From NCBI GenBank assembly GCA_044349815.1, contig JBIKQE010000001.1:1-38969 (forward strand): a stretch of DNA of 38,969 bases, in the 5' to 3' direction. The notes under the pieces were generated by a model. That model did no database searches. It had not been told where the DNA came from and saw only the letters and a list, made by a program, of their open reading frames with translations. Positions within the stretch are counted from its first letter, which is position 1. Every line of letters begins with the position of its first letter. The DNA is from Chitinophagaceae bacterium. Lineage in GTDB: Bacteria > Bacteroidota > Bacteroidia > Chitinophagales > Chitinophagaceae. A program made the position numbers and the translations under genes. Shown piece after piece: positions 35,438 to 38,969 of this stretch.

Positions 35438-36514
35438 ATGAAATTATTTTTTACGTTTAGCCGACACACACCGGTTTATTTAAGTGTAGCCTTATTGCTT
35501 GCTGCCGTTTTATTTTCGTCGAATCAAATTGGCGTTTCGGGCAAAAGCATAGCCGGATGCGGTGGCGGAGGATGCCACACGTATAGCATCAATACCACCA
35601 TGAGTATGACGGGTATACCTGCCAATGGTTATGCTAATGGACAAACTTACAATATGTTTTTAACCGTTAGTAACAATGCTAAATTCAAAGCCGGTTTTAA
35701 TATGTCGGTAAGTACGGGCACCTTAGGGGCCGGTGCGGGAATGTCGTTGGTGTCGCCTACCGAATTAAAACACACCGCCCCCTTATTAATGAACAACGGC
35801 AATGCCATATGGTCGTTCACGTGGACGGCCCCGGCCTCGGGCACAGCACCCGTTACTTTCTATGTAGCCGGTAATGCGGTCGATACATCGGGAACCTCCT
35901 CGGGCGATGCTTTCAATACCGCTCAATTCAATTATACCGCAGAGCTATTAATTTCAGTGCCTATCATTGCGAATGTTATTACAACCGGTGTTACCGACAC
36001 CAGTTTCACAGCTACAGCCGATGTGAATCCGGGCAATGCGGCCACCGCCCCTTACATTGAATATGGCCCAACAACGAGTTATGGAAATACCACAGGTATG
36101 TCGCCCGCTATTTTAAACGGAGCCACTCCTTTGCCAACCAATGTTACCATCACGGGCTTAACACCGAGCGGTTCCTACCATTATCGAATTAAAGCTACTA
36201 ACTCGAACGGCACCGTATACAGTCAAGATAAATTAGTGGTACTCACCTCAACACCCAATGCAATTAATACCATCAACATCAATGCCGTTCGCCTCTATCC
36301 CAATCCGGTACACGATGTATTGTATTGCGACGGTTTATTGAACGAACAAATAATAAACATTCAAGTATACAATTCCTTGGGGGTATTAATGCCCACACCG
36401 TTATATACCAACAAACCCAATAGCTTGCAAGTAAGTGCCTTAGTACCGGGTAAATACATCTTGCACCTACAAACAAAAAAAGGCATGTATAAAACATCCT
36501 TTGTAAAATGGTAA
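35438..36514 (+). CDS. Paralogue P4: secreted Cx4CH-motif domain + FN3-like domain + T9SS C-terminal sorting domain
   Basis: CGGGGCH at nt 35558-35578. The core reads WSFTWTAPASGTAPVTFYVAGNAVD, the FN3-like module reads YIEYGPTTSYGN..ITGLTPSGSYHYRIKATNSNGTVYS, and the C-terminal domain reads VRLYPNPVHD..GKYILHLQTKKGMYKTSFVKW. It starts 8 nt after the P3 stop codon. Confidence 0.7.
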   Translation: MKLFFTFSRHTPVYLSVALLLAAVLFSSNQIGVSGKSIAGCGGGGCHTYSINTTMSMTGIPANGYANGQTYNMFLTVSNNAKFKAGFNMSVSTGTLGAGAGMSLVSPTELKHTAPLLMNNGNAIWSFTWTAPASGTAPVTFYVAGNAVDTSGTSSGDAFNTAQFNYTAELLISVPIIANVITTGVTDTSFTATADVNPGNAATAPYIEYGPTTSYGNTTGMSPAILNGATPLPTNVTITGLTPSGSYHYRIKATNSNGTVYSQDKLVVLTSTPNAINTININAVRLYPNPVHDVLYCDGLLNEQIINIQVYNSLGVLMPTPLYTNKPNSLQVSALVPGKYILHLQTKKGMYKTSFVKW

Positions 36515-36524
36515 ACAAAAACAT

Positions 36525-36848
36525 ATGGTTATTTATAGTGTAAGTATAAAGTTGATGCCGCATATCGAAGAGGCCTGGTTGCAATGGATGCACCAAGAAC
36601 ATATGCAAGCGGTATTGGATACAGCATGCTTCAATAAATGTGCACTCCTAAAACTTGCCGACCCTGTTGATGAAGAAGGGGTTACCTATATTGCTCAATA
36701 CGAAACCGATTCGCAAGAGCAAGTAAATACCTATATCGAACAGTTTGCACCCGCTTTGCGCGAAGCAGGTTATGCCCGTTTTGGCGACCAATTCATTGCG
36801 TTTCGCACTATTCTACACCGTGTAAACCCGCCAAACACCCTCCAATAA
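36525..36848 (+). CDS. DUF4286-family protein
   Basis: MVIYSVSIKL....EEAWLQWMHQEHMQAVLDT..F matches my recollection of the Bacteroidota DUF4286 N-terminus. Confidence 0.5.
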   Translation: MVIYSVSIKLMPHIEEAWLQWMHQEHMQAVLDTACFNKCALLKLADPVDEEGVTYIAQYETDSQEQVNTYIEQFAPALREAGYARFGDQFIAFRTILHRVNPPNTLQ

Positions 36849-36991
36849 AGGCTTTTAGCCATTTATTTTGTGGACAACATGTGCAAATCCTCTGTTTGCA
36901 AGGGTTTCAGCCAAAAAAAAATTTTGTGGAATAATAAAACGCACTACTTTAGCAGTATTAATCACATTATTCATTTAAAAACTTTTTCAAC

Positions 36992-37267
36992 ATGAACAAA
37001 GCAGAATTGATCGAAGTAATGGCGAAAGCCGCCGATTGTACAAAAACTCAAGCCGGTGCAGCATTGGATGCATTCACTGATGCCGTTACAGGTACGCTTA
37101 AAAAAGGGAACAAAGTAACCTTAGTTGGTTTCGGTACGTTCTCTGTAACGAAGCGCGCTGCTCGTATCGGTCGCAATCCACAAACCGGTAAAGAAATTAA
37201 AATTGCCGCCAAGAAGGTTCCTAAGTTCAAGGCTGGTAAAGAATTGAGCACGAAAGTAGCTAAGTAA
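36992..37267 (+). CDS. hup: DNA-binding protein HU
   Basis: [70 protein letters not shown]. Confidence 0.9.
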   Translation: MNKAELIEVMAKAADCTKTQAGAALDAFTDAVTGTLKKGNKVTLVGFGTFSVTKRAARIGRNPQTGKEIKIAAKKVPKFKAGKELSTKVAK

Positions 37268-37285
37268 TTTTTTTACTTCGAAAGG

Positions 37286-37320
37286 AGAGGCTGTTCAAAC
37301 ACGAACAGCCTCTTTTTTTT
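37286..37320 (+). terminator. Rho-independent terminator after hup
   Basis: agaggctgttc-aaacac-gaacagcctct followed by a T-run. Confidence 0.75.
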
Positions 37321-37358
37321 GTTGTAAACTTTAACAGCCCAAGAACAGGTATACCATG

Positions 37359-37366
37359 TACCTTTG
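37359..37366 (+). promoter_or_regulatory. -7 promoter box TACCTTTG for ssrA
   Basis: Exact TAnnTTTG match, ending 16 nt upstream of the mature tmRNA 5' end. Confidence 0.4.
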
Positions 37367-37382
37367 CATCGTTATCATTTCA

Positions 37383-37755
37383 GGGGCCGCCCGGTTTTGA
37401 CAGCTTAGCTCTTTGAACGTGTAAGCATGTCGTGCGTTGGATAATTAGCACGTTAATCTGAATATTCAAATCTCAAATGGCGAAACTTCGTTCGCTATGG
37501 CTGCTTAGTTAGACTAGGTATCCATTATGGCCCCTCATTTCGGGTTTAATTTTTGACCTACGTTGAGCCGCCTTCATCAGACAATAAAAGTTGCGGCATC
37601 GCCAGGCTGTGCGCGATGCTTAAGTACCATCCAGCTAAGGGTGCAGTAGGTTGGTTTCTGTCCGGCTCACCCCAACAATCAATACGAAACTAAACATGTA
37701 GAAAGCGTTCGACGAATAGGTTTGGACAGGGGTTCGACTCCCCTCGGCTCCACTA
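37383..37755 (+). ncRNA. ssrA: Transfer-messenger RNA (tmRNA)
   Basis: The 5' GGGGCCG pairs with the 3' CGGCTCC, with a G3:U wobble (alanine identity). The T-arm reads GGACAGGGGTTCGACTCCCCTC. The tag reading frame ggc gaa act tcg ttc gct atg gct gct tag (37479-37508) encodes GETSFAMAA*, a Bacteroidota-type tag. The terminal CCA is not fully encoded; the genome reads CTA. Confidence 0.9.
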
Positions 37756-37758
37756 AAC

Positions 37759-37810
37759 AGAATGAGTAGGAGAAACAGAAAGAATTCATTCTCATTCTCC
37801 TACTCATTCT
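37759..37810 (+). terminator. Perfect 16-bp hairpin immediately 3' of ssrA
   Basis: agaatgagtaggagaa (37759-37774) pairs with ttctcctactcattct (37795-37810) across a 20-nt loop. It is followed by the T-rich cattcttttcttt. Confidence 0.5.
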
Positions 37811-37814
37811 CATT

Positions 37815-37955
37815 CTTTTCTTTGAAGCCCATCTTCTCCTCTCCCTTCATCCCCCGTCCCGCTGTTCATTCCAAGTCCTCGCCGCCTGCGGACGGCTCCG
37901 GGCTTTCCATTGCCATCGGGGCTATACCCTCATCGTCCGATTCGTTCTTCAGCTA
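37815..37955. repeat. GC-rich mosaic repeat, copy 4
   Basis: Hairpin gccg-cctgcgga-cggc (37881-37896), followed by gctttccattgccatcggggct. This is the same module order as the reverse complement of copy 3. Confidence 0.55.
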
Positions 37956-38122
37956 CTAACTACCATACATTCATTTAGCTATATATTATTGTTTCGATGA
38001 AAATAGCTTGGTTACATAACATAATTGCCAAGGGATTTAATTTGAATTAATTCGAATAAATATTTATCGTAAGAAATCAAGTATAACATAAAAACTATAA
38101 TTTTACCCGTTATATTATTTCC

Positions 38123-38851
38123 ATGCTTAAGCTATTCAAGTTCTTTAAGGACGTCTTGTTATTTATTCCGGTAACCCTGTTGCTGTCTCCATTTTCCACG
38201 TTTTTTCATTTTATTACGTACTTCAATAAATTATTGTTGTGGATCTATAAACACAAAAATGAGTTTTTGTGGAGCGATTATTTTAGTCCGTTTCGTGACT
38301 ATGCCAAACGCGAAAAATTATACGAATTTGTAGCCAATCATTTTAAGGTGCCTTCAGAACAAGTTACTTACATGGAATTCGGCGTAGCTTCCGGCGCCTC
38401 ATTTCGGTGGTGGTTAAATAAAAATACAAATCCGCAATCGACGTTTTTTGGCTTCGACACCTTTGAAGGCTTGCCCGAAGATTGGGGTGGGTTTTACAAC
38501 AAAGGGGATATGAGCCATAATGTTCCTTCGGTAAACGACACGCGTGCTGTTTTTGTGAAAGGCTTGTTTCAAGATACCTTGTCTGGCTTTATACAACAAC
38601 ATCACAACTTGTTACAATCGCCGCAGAAAAAAATTATTCATATGGATGCCGATTTGTATTCGGCCACCATTTTTACCTTGTCGCAACTTTATCCGTATTT
38701 GCGCAAAGGCGATATTATTATGTTCGATGAATTCAATGTGGCCTTGCACGAATTCAAAGCGTACTTAGAATTTACAGGTAACTTTTACATTACCTTGAAG
38801 CCCGTTGCGGCAGTAAATAATTTTTATCAGGCGGCTTTTGAGGTAGCCTAA
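38123..38851 (+). CDS. TylF/MycF-like class I SAM-dependent methyltransferase with a hydrophobic N-terminus
   Basis: YMEFGVASGASFRWW (SAM motif I), FGFDTFEGLPEDW, VFVKGLFQDTL and IHMDADLYSATIFTLSQLYPYLRKGDIIMFDEF, the macrocin-O-methyltransferase family pattern. Confidence 0.65.
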   Translation: MLKLFKFFKDVLLFIPVTLLLSPFSTFFHFITYFNKLLLWIYKHKNEFLWSDYFSPFRDYAKREKLYEFVANHFKVPSEQVTYMEFGVASGASFRWWLNKNTNPQSTFFGFDTFEGLPEDWGGFYNKGDMSHNVPSVNDTRAVFVKGLFQDTLSGFIQQHHNLLQSPQKKIIHMDADLYSATIFTLSQLYPYLRKGDIIMFDEFNVALHEFKAYLEFTGNFYITLKPVAAVNNFYQAAFEVA

Positions 38852-38854
38852 ACA

Positions 38855-38969
38855 GCCGAAGAGAGTTCCTTCGTTGGGCGGCTGCGGGATGCGCAGGGGA
38901 AGCACGCTAGCGCCGGAGTGGGAGCGGAGGCGAGAGCGTGCCGTAGCGAATGCGAAGCCCGTAGCAGCC
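38855..38969. repeat. GC-rich mosaic repeat, copy 5 (runs off the window)
   Basis: The reverse complement contains ctccgctcccactccggcgc and cctgcgcatcccgcagcc. It shares atcccgcagcc with copy 1 and the CCACTCC word with copies 2 and 3. Confidence 0.5.

Noticed and set aside
37762-37959. A 65-aa ORF immediately downstream of ssrA (MSRRNRKNSFSFSYSFSFF...).
   Set aside because: It is low-complexity translation of the terminator hairpin and repeat copy 4. There is no plausible start context. The analogous frames through the other repeat copies are not conserved as protein.
1-38969. A scan for CRISPR arrays, rRNA or tRNA genes, transposases, integrases and phage structural genes.
   Set aside because: I saw no regularly spaced direct repeats, no cloverleaf-compatible segments apart from the tRNA-like ends of ssrA, and no DDE, tyrosine-recombinase or serine-recombinase motifs in any listed ORF.

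Overview
This is a chromosomal segment from a gliding, T9SS-bearing member of the Bacteroidota. The assignment rests on the gldE-ssb-mutY neighbourhood, several proteins ending in T9SS C-terminal sorting domains, TAnnTTTG-type promoter boxes and a GETSFAMAA tmRNA tag. All protein calls come from reading motifs in the translations; no database search was possible.

Most of the window is housekeeping: gldE (partial), ssb, mutY, two HU-family genes, RNase G, PDH-type E2, ComEC, purH, a TlpA-like redoxin, mtaB, lipoprotein msrB/msrA, a Cu-type P-ATPase, aroA/aroB, tatC, moaA and ssrA.

Three things stand out:
1. A sharply AT-rich four-gene island at about 14.9-18.7 kb, between the tlpA-like gene and mtaB. 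It encodes an HExxH (ImmA/IrrE-like) protein, an HNH-type zinc-finger nuclease-like protein, and a translationally coupled membrane protein plus soluble partner. There is no integrase. I read it as a candidate uncharacterised defence or abortive-infection module.
2. A tandem array of four paralogous secreted proteins at 32.6-36.5 kb. Each has an N-terminal CxxCH or Cx4CH (c-type haem attachment-like) motif and a T9SS C-terminal domain, and two also carry an FN3-like insert.
3. A family of GC-rich mosaic repeats with five copies in the window. These bracket both accessory insertions: the island, and a TylF-like methyltransferase downstream of ssrA.

A 29-aa hyper-basic micro-ORF (bS22-like) missing from the ORF track is also reported. 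No CRISPR array, rRNA, tRNA, transposase or integrase was seen.
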